Shown: piece after piece, positions 28,811-36,602 of the stretch
How positions within the stretch are numbered: the stretch's first letter is position 1
How the letters are laid out: every line of letters starts with the position of its first letter
Virus record (IMG/VR): IMGVR_UViG_3300042465_004842
Span: 1 to 60,955 of that record
DNA from: a virus
Taxonomy: Duplodnaviria; Caudoviricetes
DNA: 60,955 nucleotides
Direction: 5' to 3' (one strand)
Notes under the pieces: generated by a model
Databases searched by the model: none
The model's input: the letters and a program-made list of their open reading frames with translations, nothing else
What the model was told of the DNA's origin: nothing
Program-made: the position numbers and the translations under genes

Positions 28811-28988
28811 CCTTCTTCTCCCTCGCCTTCATCATTGCGTCGGCAAACTTGTATGCCTGTTCCGCATGAATCTCATAATGACCTTCCCAAGGTTTTGAAT
28901 CTGCATGCATTAAAACGGGCAGCGCCGTAGCCGCAAAGTAATCCCTTAGCTCCATGCCTTCGCTTCTATGATTTGGAAATGCTTTCAT
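28803..28988 (-). CDS. Hypothetical LRDYFAA-motif protein
   Basis: AFP...GMELRDYFAA...AYKFADAMMKAR. Confidence 0.7.
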   Translation of the reverse strand: MKAFPNHRSEGMELRDYFAATALPVLMHADSKPWEGHYEIHAEQAYKFADAMMKAREKKDD

Positions 28989-29278
28989 AACATGTCCCCC
29001 AAATAGTTCGCTGCTACGTGGTAATAGTTATGTCTGCCACCTGCCTCCATGTGCATCTGCATTAACTTATAATGGTAACGCTTTAACCCATGCGCCTCAC
29101 CCGCATCAAACCCCGCCTCATACGCCGAGACAACCGCTATAGCTGGAAGAGTATTGCGATACATCTGCGAATGCTTGCCCTCACCCTTGGTTATAAATGC
29201 GTGGCACGGGGAACACAGCAAACCAAAAAATATTCCCTGACCATGCTCGTTCTGGCAATCTTTAACGATGCATTTCAT
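28985..29278 (-). CDS. Hypothetical Cys-containing protein
   Basis: KCIVKDCQN...LCSPCH. Confidence 0.6.
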   Translation of the reverse strand: MKCIVKDCQNEHGQGIFFGLLCSPCHAFITKGEGKHSQMYRNTLPAIAVVSAYEAGFDAGEAHGLKRYHYKLMQMHMEAGGRHNYYHVAANYLGDML

Positions 29279-29441
29279 TTTTCTCCATCCTTTCTTTTCT
29301 CTCTTTCATCATTGCATCAGCAATCGCGTAACTTCTTTTGGCTACCCACTCTCCTGTTATAAGAGGGGAATCTAACTTTCCAGCATTAACAGTCCCCAAC
29401 ATCGCTAACCCAGCAAAGAAATCTATTAGCTCATCATTCAT
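29262..29441 (-). CDS. Hypothetical LRDYFAA-like protein
   Basis: LIDFFAGLAM...SYAIADAMMKER; paralog of 28803..28988. Confidence 0.65.
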   Translation of the reverse strand: MNDELIDFFAGLAMLGTVNAGKLDSPLITGEWVAKRSYAIADAMMKERKERMEKNEMHR

Positions 29442-29641
29442 CAAATCCTCCGCTGACACATGAACGCCTGCTGCTCTACGCGGAACGCGCCTGCATACTT
29501 GCAGTCCCCAATGACACGGCTTTCAGTCTGCACCTGACCAATAGCCATACCAATAAAGAACATCAACACCGCTGCGAGGGACTTGGCCCATACGTTATTG
29601 ATCCACGTAAGTACCTTCCTGTAATCAAACGTATCTATCAT
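29441..29641 (-). CDS. Hypothetical membrane protein
   Basis: One TM helix, DCKYAGAFRV. Confidence 0.6.
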   Translation of the reverse strand: MIDTFDYRKVLTWINNVWAKSLAAVLMFFIGMAIGQVQTESRVIGDCKYAGAFRVEQQAFMCQRRI

Positions 29642-29883
29642 TTCTTGCCTCCCGCACAAAGGAACTCAATACGGGCTATAGGCCAGTTCGTCGCCTTGTG
29701 GATAGCGATAATCCACTCGGCTGGCACACTACTGCCACCTTTCTTACGTAGCTTAGAAATGCCGCTGGGCAATACCCCAAGGATCTTCGACAACTCCCTG
29801 TCCGAATCCACCTTGAAATAGCTTTTGACCGTATCCAACACCACATGTGGGGCCACGCCCCGCTTACCCTGTCCTTTTTTCAT
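29638..29883 (-). CDS. Cro/XRE-like HTH protein
   Basis: SDRELSKILGVLPSGISKLR. Confidence 0.65.
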   Translation of the reverse strand: MKKGQGKRGVAPHVVLDTVKSYFKVDSDRELSKILGVLPSGISKLRKKGGSSVPAEWIIAIHKATNWPIARIEFLCAGGKK

Positions 29884-30077
29884 CTCTCCTCCTTCTTAAA
29901 TAACAATAAGAACTTCGCTACCAAGTCAGTAGCCCTAAATTGGCCTACATCCTCCCAGCCCGTTACCAAATTCTGAGCAAACTCCTCCTCAGGAGTAATC
30001 TCACCAGCACGACTAGGCACGTAAAACGCCCCAATCTGCGGCGGCTCTTCCTTTACATATCTCCCGTTTACTAACAT
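29880..30077 (-). CDS. Hypothetical protein
   Basis: AGAAAGGAG RBS. Confidence 0.6.
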   Translation of the reverse strand: MLVNGRYVKEEPPQIGAFYVPSRAGEITPEEEFAQNLVTGWEDVGQFRATDLVAKFLLLFKKEER

Positions 30078-30093
30078 ACCGACTCCTTTCTAT

Positions 30094-30345
30094 TTAATGG
30101 ACCTCATCATCCGGCCCAGCTAATTGATATGCCTTCTCCATCATCCCGTACTTCATTTCTATTGCCAGTAACAATACGTTTACGGGCATCCCTTTGTAAA
30201 AGGCCATCTCCACCAAAAGATTAGTCAAAAAGGCTAACGCCTCCTCAGGGCACATTTCCGACCCAATCTCATCCAGCCCTTCCAGCTCTTCAACCATCTT
30301 CGCGCTCCGAATAGTGCTCATAGATCTGCTCCTCCCACCGCTCAC
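30094..30345 (-). CDS. Hypothetical acidic protein (start uncertain, possibly 30297)
   Basis: ORF in the leftward operon. Confidence 0.5.
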   Translation of the reverse strand: MSGGRSRSMSTIRSAKMVEELEGLDEIGSEMCPEEALAFLTNLLVEMAFYKGMPVNVLLLAIEMKYGMMEKAYQLAGPDDEVH

Positions 30346-30586
30346 GGTCCCATCTAGTCGCCTTGGCTAAAATCTCAGGGGCAGGAGTCTTGTCCATGTG
30401 CAACACGTCAAACTCCAGCTCCCTGAACCCATAATAATCAACATCACTATCCCTGCAGGAATAATCAGGGCTCTTTACTATAATGTGCGTGACCCCCAAT
30501 AGGCAATCCAGCTCCACCTCGCCATCCTCCCCGCCGATGTAAAGGTAAGACGGGATGTAGTCCCAATATAGCTTTTCCTTGCTCAT
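30290..30586 (-). CDS. Hypothetical acidic protein
   Basis: 'DSDVDYYGFRELEFDVL'. Confidence 0.65.
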   Translation of the reverse strand: MSKEKLYWDYIPSYLYIGGEDGEVELDCLLGVTHIIVKSPDYSCRDSDVDYYGFRELEFDVLHMDKTPAPEILAKATRWDRERWEEQIYEHYSEREDG

Positions 30587-30795
30587 AGCGGCCTCTCTAT
30601 CAACGCAGCATAGACCTCATCAGGGACCTCAATCACCGACATATTGTCTGCCTCAAGGCATTCGCCGCAGTACATAATCGGACCATTGTCCGCGCACCAC
30701 GGGTCGTTAGCACGGCGTACCTCGTCTTCAATCTCTAACCAACCACACTCGCTGCAGCGGTAAACAAGACTTTTTTCCTCTGGTTTTGGTTCCAT
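30583..30795 (-). CDS. Small zinc-ribbon protein, first gene of the leftward operon
   Basis: CSEC...CGEC; AGAAAGGATAG RBS. Confidence 0.65.
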   Translation of the reverse strand: MEPKPEEKSLVYRCSECGWLEIEDEVRRANDPWCADNGPIMYCGECLEADNMSVIEVPDEVYAALIERPL

Positions 30796-30868
30796 TTCGC
30801 TATCCTTTCTGTTAATTTGTTACGTCAAATGTGGCACAATTAAGGCCTGTTTGGGTAGTGCTGAGTGT

Positions 30869-30898
30869 ATTTTAGTTTAGGTAAAGGGGATTGTGCAA
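30869..30898 (-). promoter_or_regulatory. Sigma70-like promoter for the leftward operon
   Basis: Minus strand TTGCAC-N18-TAAAAT. Confidence 0.5.
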
Positions 30899-30973
30899 GG
30901 GGAATAATGGACCGCGGACCGCGAGAGTTTAGATATAAAAGTAATAGAAATTGATTTTTCTATGCTTTTTGAG

Positions 30974-31218
30974 GGTTTCCTATAGAAGTTTTTGAGGTCA
31001 TAGTAGAAAAAATATTTTTTTTTGTGAAAATAGACGTAATAGACGTAATGCCGTAATAAGCTAGTGTTCATGCGGGTTTTGAGCATTACGGTAGCATTAC
31101 GTATCTATTTTGGAAATGTAATAAATATGGTGTAACAGGGAAATAATCAGGGGGGATCCGCGATATAACTTTTTTTGAAAAAAAACTTGCTATGACCCCA
31201 AAAAACTCTATAGGAACC
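30974..31218. repeat. Nested inverted repeats with CGTAAT iterons; candidate replication origin
   Basis: Imperfect ~31-bp arms at 30974-31004 and 31188-31218; CGTAAT x3 facing ATTACG x2; poly-A/T tracts. Confidence 0.55.
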
Positions 31219-31247
31219 TTTTTGTTAGGATTTGCACAGTTGTTATA

Positions 31248-31276
31248 TTGACATAGCTGGTTTTGGTATGTAGTCT
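31248..31276 (+). promoter_or_regulatory. Sigma70-like promoter
   Basis: TTGACA-N17-TAGTCT. Confidence 0.6.
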
Positions 31277-31302
31277 GTGGTTTTTCAGGTTAGGCTATTA
31301 CT

Positions 31303-31518
31303 ATGATTAAAATTGATAGAAATGTACAAATACCCGAGGCTCGGTGTAATTATCCTTTTGAGGATATGGGCTGTGGGGATAGTATTTTGTTCTTAGAGGA
31401 GCGCCGCGCTGCTTCTGCTCGTGTGGCGGCGGTACGGTACGCCAAGAGGCATCGCCCTGCTTGGGTGTTCACACTGAGAAGGGTAGACGATGGCTGGCGC
31501 TTGTGGAGGATCGAGTAA
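31303..31518 (+). CDS. Small putative DNA-binding protein
   Basis: IKIDRNVQIP..R..YPFEDM..GDS......RLWRIE. Confidence 0.7.
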   Translation: MIKIDRNVQIPEARCNYPFEDMGCGDSILFLEERRAASARVAAVRYAKRHRPAWVFTLRRVDDGWRLWRIE

Positions 31519-32183
31519 TGGCGAAGAAGGATGTCTGGAACGTCCCTCCGGTTATTCAGCAAAAGTCTGCCAATCGGATGGCGGCAAAAGTGGGCCCGTT
31601 GGCGAAGCAGAAAATCCTGACTCCCAAGCATTGGAAGTTTGTGCAGGAGTATGTATCTGGCGATGGAAGAGTAACACTGAAAGAAGCTGCTATTCGTGCA
31701 GGCTACAAGCCGTCCAGCGCTTCTGTCATCGCATGGCAGCTGACAAACCCTGACATCAATCCGCACATTGTCGCGGCGATTCAGGCGTATCGGGCGGAGT
31801 TGGCCTCAAAGTACAACACCAGTTATGAACGCCATATGAAGGACCTGCAGACGATTCGAGACAAGGCGCTAGAGGCTGGAGCTTATGCGGCTGCAGTGCA
31901 GGCAGAATACCGCCGCGGGCAGGCTTTGGGCACGATTTACGTCGAAAGAAAAGAAATCAGGCATGGCACTATCGATTCAATGAGCAAGGAAGAGGTCCAG
32001 CGCAAGCTAGACGAGCTTAAAAAGCTTTATGGGGGCCCACCCCCTACCGCGTTAATTGATGCGCATACAGGGGCTGTAATCGCGAGTGTGGACAGGGAAA
32101 AGGATCCAGCCTTTGTATCGCCAGTGGAAGAGCCACCGTTAGACGTGTTTGAGATGGATAGGGACGATGGCAAGAAAACCTGA
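31518..32183 (+). CDS. terS: Terminase small subunit
   Basis: LTPKHWKFVQEY...EAAIRAGY..SA......L.NP.I HTH signature, followed by helical oligomerisation segments. Confidence 0.8.
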   Translation: MAKKDVWNVPPVIQQKSANRMAAKVGPLAKQKILTPKHWKFVQEYVSGDGRVTLKEAAIRAGYKPSSASVIAWQLTNPDINPHIVAAIQAYRAELASKYNTSYERHMKDLQTIRDKALEAGAYAAAVQAEYRRGQALGTIYVERKEIRHGTIDSMSKEEVQRKLDELKKLYGGPPPTALIDAHTGAVIASVDREKDPAFVSPVEEPPLDVFEMDRDDGKKT

Positions 32184-32592
32184 ATCGGTCTTTTCTGACT
32201 TTATCCGCGACAACCTGCAAGGCGTTGATATATCCCGCGTGGAATCTGTAGCGAATTTGGGTTTTCCGGATATGGTCATTGCTGATCGTATGGGAACCGG
32301 AAAAATTGGCTTTCTTGAGAATAAAGTAGTTCAGCGCGGCCTTAAAGTACACCTACGCCCGCATCAGATGTCATTTTTGTATCGCCATTGGTTATACGGA
32401 TGCCCTGCCTATATTTTGGTAAAGCATTTGCCTATTGGAAAGAAAAATTCAATAGTTTTTCTCTACCATGGGGGACAGTGCGATGATTTGCTTGCGCAAG
32501 GCCTGCGCGTACAGCCTGTTATCAAATGGGAAAGTAATGCGATTGATTGGAAGTTATTAAAAAACCTACTATTGGGAATAGAAAAACCATAG
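32167..32592 (+). CDS. VRR-NUC / Holliday-junction-resolvase-like nuclease
   Basis: PE..F, 'RVE....GFPD', 'FLENK', 'LRPHQ'. Confidence 0.75.
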   Translation: MARKPESVFSDFIRDNLQGVDISRVESVANLGFPDMVIADRMGTGKIGFLENKVVQRGLKVHLRPHQMSFLYRHWLYGCPAYILVKHLPIGKKNSIVFLYHGGQCDDLLAQGLRVQPVIKWESNAIDWKLLKNLLLGIEKP

Positions 32593-32675
32593 AAAAAACC
32601 AATTGGAATTCCTAGCTGGAAACTATAGAATTGTGGTGCTGGATGTGAACAGCAAAACCTAGAAAGGATAGAGAG

Positions 32676-33407
32676 ATGAAAAAACCTAGCGGATACATTA
32701 TTTATCGGGGCGCGTCATTACTTGACGATAAGCCGATTATTGTCGTGGCAATTACTGGCAAATCATCAAACAGCAAAACGGGCGATATGGTGCAAACATA
32801 CATTCTCGCCGATAACGGCAAGAGCCCAATAGAAAGCGCAAAAGCGCTTGACGACGTTTCAATTTGCGGTGATTGCAAACATCGCCGCGGCCTAGGCGGT
32901 TCTTGCTATGTTAATCTCGGGCAGGGCCCGCGGGCAGTGATGGACGGCGTGATTCGTGGCATTTATCCGGACAATATAATTAACGCGGCCTTTGCGTCAC
33001 ATAAGCGCAAAATAAGATTAGGCACTTATGGGGATCCGGCGGCGGTTCCTGCTTATGTCTGGGAAACACTACTTGCGGGCGCTGATTCGCATACTGGTTA
33101 CACTCACCAGTGGCAAAACGGAAAAGCCGACCACGTTAAACAGTGGTGCATGGCTTCAGTAGATACACCGAAGGAGGCGGCACTTGCTAAGATGGACGGC
33201 TGGCGCACTTTTAGGGTTAGAGACGCGGACGGAAGTCTAGAATTCAGTCATGAGATGAAATGCCCCGCCAGTGCTGAAATGAATAAGCGTTTAACCTGCG
33301 ACACATGCATGGCCTGCAGTGGCGGCACTGATAGCAAAAAAGCAAGTGTAACTATAATTGTGCATGGTTCCCTAAAAAACCGTTTTGCTTTATCAGTGGG
33401 GGCGTAA
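32676..33407 (+). CDS. Cys-rich phage protein (possible Fe-S/Zn-binding enzyme)
   Basis: NSKTGDMVQTYI, ICGDCKHR..CYV, IRLGTYGDPAA, HTGYTHQW, CPA...CDTCMAC, IIVHG. Confidence 0.65.
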   Translation: MKKPSGYIIYRGASLLDDKPIIVVAITGKSSNSKTGDMVQTYILADNGKSPIESAKALDDVSICGDCKHRRGLGGSCYVNLGQGPRAVMDGVIRGIYPDNIINAAFASHKRKIRLGTYGDPAAVPAYVWETLLAGADSHTGYTHQWQNGKADHVKQWCMASVDTPKEAALAKMDGWRTFRVRDADGSLEFSHEMKCPASAEMNKRLTCDTCMACSGGTDSKKASVTIIVHGSLKNRFALSVGA

Positions 33408-33478
33408 TGTTCATTGTGCTTGCGGTGATAATCGTTTTAATTGTAATTATTGATTTAGTTGATTATAAATAGTTTCCT

Positions 33479-33545
33479 AATAGAAAAAATCAATTGTACG
33501 GACTAACGACAATAAACTATTATTAGTCATCGATTCGCCGAATCG
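33479..33545 (+). repeat. 67-bp promoter/hairpin repeat, copy 1
   Basis: AATAGAAAAAATCAATT-N11-CGACAATARACTATTATTAGTCATCGATTCGCCGAATCG; near-identical to 34144..34210. Confidence 0.85.
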
Positions 33546-33567
33546 ATAAAATAGAAAGGATAGATTT

Positions 33568-33744
33568 ATGTGGCAGAAAATTAAACTTGAGCAGGTTGAT
33601 CCTGAAGCCCTTGGAAGGGAAATTTCTCACACATGCAAGTGGGATGGGCAGGCGATAACGGAAGCTTTTATCGCTGCGTTAACTGACGCTAATTTTCACA
33701 CTTTCGCGGAGAAAGTGACCGCATTATGGGAGGCCGAAAAATGA
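33568..33744 (+). CDS. 58-aa hypothetical protein (not in ORF track)
   Basis: AGAAAGGATAG RBS; MWQKIKLEQ...AALTDANFH...WEAEK. Confidence 0.7.
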   Translation: MWQKIKLEQVDPEALGREISHTCKWDGQAITEAFIAALTDANFHTFAEKVTALWEAEK

Positions 33745-33950
33745 ACACATACAAAGTGCGGCACGTGGTGCTCTGTGAAGTTCAGGCATGGTCAATAGTG
33801 AAGGCCGATAATTTTGAAGCGGCGCTTTTGGAAGTGGCTAAAATTACAATCCCGACCAGTAGCGGCAATGGGTACTATTACGACCACGAAGTAATAAGCG
33901 ACCAAGAAATTATCTCCGTTGACGTTGAATTATCTAAGGATAGAAAATGA
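33741..33950 (+). CDS. Hypothetical protein
   Basis: ATGA-coupled; GGAGG upstream. Confidence 0.65.
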   Translation: MNTYKVRHVVLCEVQAWSIVKADNFEAALLEVAKITIPTSSGNGYYYDHEVISDQEIISVDVELSKDRK

Positions 33951-34138
33951 AAATTGAACTCGACACATTAGACACTGGCGCGACCGTCGTTAATTTTGAG
34001 CATGGCGGTTATTTCATGCTGGAACCAGTAAACGAAGGCACTGGAATTTTTTTAACTGTTATTGACAGTGAGGGGGATGTCTTATTAGAACAGCGCTTTA
34101 ATCTAACGGTTATGCCGTATGACACTATTGAGGATTGA
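33947..34138 (+). CDS. Small acidic hypothetical protein
   Basis: AAGGATAG RBS. Confidence 0.65.
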   Translation: MKIELDTLDTGATVVNFEHGGYFMLEPVNEGTGIFLTVIDSEGDVLLEQRFNLTVMPYDTIED

Positions 34139-34143
34139 TTCTC

Positions 34144-34210
34144 AATAGAAAAAATCAATTACACAATTTATCGACAATAGACTATTATTAGTCATCGATT
34201 CGCCGAATCG
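34144..34210 (+). repeat. 67-bp promoter/hairpin repeat, copy 2
   Basis: Near-identical to 33479..33545. Confidence 0.85.
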
Positions 34211-34241
34211 GTAATTTTATAAACCTAGAAAGGATAGAAAA

Positions 34242-35234
34242 ATGGCTCACATGATAGATGAAACAACCGGACGCGCCGCGATTGCCTACACTGGCACAAC
34301 CCCATGGCATGGCCTCGGACAAGTGTTGACACCTGATTCAACTATTGAGCAGTGGACGCAGGAAGCGGGCCTAGGTTATACAGTGCTTGAAAGCGCCGTT
34401 GAATATTCAACGCCTGCGGTAACAGGGCATCAGGTTTGGCCCGATAGAAAAGTATTGCACCGCTCCGACACCGGCGCTCCGCTTGCTGTAGTTTCAAAGG
34501 ACTATAAAACGGTGCAGCCCGCCGAAGTAATGGGTTTTTTTCAAAAGCTTTTAGATCTCGGCGGTTTTCAGATGGAAACAGCGGGCGCACTGTCGCATGG
34601 TCGACGCGTGTGGGCGCTTGCCAGTGTAGGCGAGGGCGCGGAAGTAGTGGACGGTGACGTAGTGAAGCCTTATTTATTGCTCGGCACTAGTTACGACGGA
34701 ACCATGGCAACCATTGCAAAATTCACAGCGATTCGCGTTGTCTGTAACAATACAATCACGCCTGCAGTCAATAACACTAGCGACGAAATAAACAAGGGTT
34801 ATATAAAATCGGCGGTTCGCGTATTGCATAGCGAGCGGTTCGATGCGGACGCGGTGCGCATGCAATTAGGTATCGTTGCGAATCAATTCGAGCGTTTCAT
34901 GATCGAATCACGCAAGCTTGCACATGTGAATATGTCCTTTAGTGATGCTGACTTATTCGTAAAGGAATTGCTCAAGCCGTACCACACAGGCAAGCTTGAC
35001 ATTGTCGATACGCGGGCATACAAGCGGGTTATTGAATTGTGGCAAGGCCGCTCTATTGGTTCGGATATCCTACGCGCTGCGCATGTGGACGGTTCCCGTT
35101 GGGAAATGCTGAACGCTGTCACGCAACTAGTTGATCATGAGCGCGGGCGCTCGGATAATACCCGCCTCGAGAGCGCGTGGTTTGGCACTGGATCCGCTAT
35201 TAAAAACCGCGCTTTAGAGTTACTGACCGCTTAG
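34242..35234 (+). CDS. DUF932-like phage/plasmid protein
   Basis: MAH....AY....PWHGLG, ETAGAL..GRRVWALA, TSYDG, IRVVCNNT, NAVTQLVDH. Confidence 0.85.
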   Translation: MAHMIDETTGRAAIAYTGTTPWHGLGQVLTPDSTIEQWTQEAGLGYTVLESAVEYSTPAVTGHQVWPDRKVLHRSDTGAPLAVVSKDYKTVQPAEVMGFFQKLLDLGGFQMETAGALSHGRRVWALASVGEGAEVVDGDVVKPYLLLGTSYDGTMATIAKFTAIRVVCNNTITPAVNNTSDEINKGYIKSAVRVLHSERFDADAVRMQLGIVANQFERFMIESRKLAHVNMSFSDADLFVKELLKPYHTGKLDIVDTRAYKRVIELWQGRSIGSDILRAAHVDGSRWEMLNAVTQLVDHERGRSDNTRLESAWFGTGSAIKNRALELLTA

Positions 35235-35257
35235 TCAGTTAAGTTATGGTCACAAGT

Positions 35258-35289
35258 GCGGGTTTTCCCTCTGGGATTACCCGCTTTTT
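35258..35289 (+). terminator. Rho-independent terminator
   Basis: GCGGGT..TCCC/GGGA..ACCCGC followed by TTTTT. Confidence 0.6.
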
Positions 35290-35442
35290 AGTCAATAATC
35301 GAAATTAATTTTGCATGTGTAAACCTGCCCCGCGGCCCTTGGTGCTCGACGCTTGAAACGTGCGGCGGGCTCGGCGGTGCTCGGCGCGCTGCCCGCGGCG
35401 CTTGCGCCGCGGGGATTATTAACCTAAAAAGGATAAAGAAAC

Positions 35443-35619
35443 ATGAAAACAGAGATACGAAAATATGCAGAATGCGCGGCATGGGAGCACTTTTATTCAG
35501 ATGAAGACACCCCTTGGGAACCCTTCGAGCACTACGACGAGGGATGGATTGACGAGCAATGCGACAAGCTTGCCGATTCAATTGAAGCGGCGATGCTCTG
35601 GGCACGAAGCCAGAAATAA
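35443..35619 (+). CDS. 58-aa acidic, aromatic-rich protein (not in ORF track)
   Basis: ACCTAAAAAGGATA RBS; MKTEIRKYAECAAWEHFYSDEDTPWEPFEHYDEGWIDEQ...; flanked by identical 20-bp hairpins. Confidence 0.7.
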   Translation: MKTEIRKYAECAAWEHFYSDEDTPWEPFEHYDEGWIDEQCDKLADSIEAAMLWARSQK

Positions 35620-35689
35620 GTTAACCGCGGCGCTTGCGCCGCGGTGCTCGGAACTTGAACCGCGAACCGCGGTTCGCGGTGAAATAGTG

Positions 35690-35760
35690 CTTGCAATAGT
35701 TTCCAGAAAGCGATAATATTGAATCGTTGGCAGTAGCCAACGATCAACCTAGAAAGGATA
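35690..35760 (+). promoter_or_regulatory. Promoter, 5' hairpin and RBS module
   Basis: TTGCAA..GATAAT, ATCGTTGGC/GCCAACGAT hairpin, ACCTAGAAAGGATA. Confidence 0.7.
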
Positions 35761-35765
35761 ATGTG

Positions 35766-36227
35766 ATGATTGACTTGACATCAAAAGCAATGCTTGCGGC
35801 ATCGATCCGCCATGGTATGTTCGCGAGCCGCGATACAGTTGAAGAGGCGCTCGAGTATGCGAGCGCGACAATTGAGCGCTTATACAATGACGATAAGGCG
35901 GCAATGTATACCGCGCTGCACGTGGTGCTGAATACCATCGCGAATAAGATTACCGCGCTGCCCGATTCGGGCAACCAGTTGCCCGAGCCGCCGCCCGAGG
36001 TTCGGATCGATCATGCTGACTTGCCTGCCACTGGCAATCAACTATTGAACGATAAGATTGCCGATATCGTTGAACAGCTTATCAAATCGCAACTAAATGC
36101 GATTGACCATAAAATCAGAGCGGTTGACGACAGACTAGAAAACTGGTTCGGTAATAATCTAGATATCATTGACGAGCGAATCACTGAGGTGGTTCGCAAT
36201 ATAAGTTTCACTGTCGAAGTTGATTAA
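35766..36227 (+). CDS. Hypothetical protein
   Basis: Start placed after the RBS; helical, ends 'ISFTVEVD'. Confidence 0.7.
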   Translation: MIDLTSKAMLAASIRHGMFASRDTVEEALEYASATIERLYNDDKAAMYTALHVVLNTIANKITALPDSGNQLPEPPPEVRIDHADLPATGNQLLNDKIADIVEQLIKSQLNAIDHKIRAVDDRLENWFGNNLDIIDERITEVVRNISFTVEVD

Positions 36228-36232
36228 AATAG

Positions 36233-36305
36233 TTGACAGGGAGCTTGCTCCCTGAGATAATTCCCTTGCTGCATTAATCAATGCAGCATAACCCAGAAAG
36301 GATAG
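36233..36305 (+). promoter_or_regulatory. Promoter with palindromic spacer, 5' hairpin and RBS
   Basis: TTGACA-N17-GATAAT with CAGGGAG-CTTG-CTCCCTG in the spacer; TGCTGCATT/AATGCAGCA hairpin; ACCCAGAAAGGATAG. Confidence 0.75.
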
Positions 36306-36308
36306 AAA

Positions 36309-36596
36309 ATGTCTAAGACCAAATCAGTTCGCACAGTGACTCTCGGATGGGAAGAGTTCGTCATCCCAACTGGCATGACCGAGGCGCAGGTTATCCTGTT
36401 AGTGGGACAGCTTGCCATGTTGGATAGAATCTCCAGCACTGGCACGAAGGACTATAAGCACAGCTTCTACTATTACAACGATAAGCAAACTGTGAGAGTA
36501 ACGCAGCGCGAAGTGTATGCAGATCAGGCTGCAGCGGCTGCAGCCAAAGAAGCTTACGACGCAGCGCTGCCCGAGCCAGAGACAGCGACCAATTAA
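36309..36596 (+). CDS. Hypothetical protein
   Basis: Has its own promoter and RBS. Confidence 0.7.
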   Translation: MSKTKSVRTVTLGWEEFVIPTGMTEAQVILLVGQLAMLDRISSTGTKDYKHSFYYYNDKQTVRVTQREVYADQAAAAAAKEAYDAALPEPETATN

Positions 36597-36602
36597 CCTA
36601 GA

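Noticed and set aside
33479-34210. CRISPR or mini-array
   Set aside because: Only two 67-bp copies about 600 bp apart with genes between them; no cas genes.
35288-35747. ORF-track ORFs 35288..35605(-), 35465..35716(+) and 35532..35747(-)
   Set aside because: They are products of GC-rich palindromic repeats and lack an RBS; the RBS-supported gene is 35443..35619.
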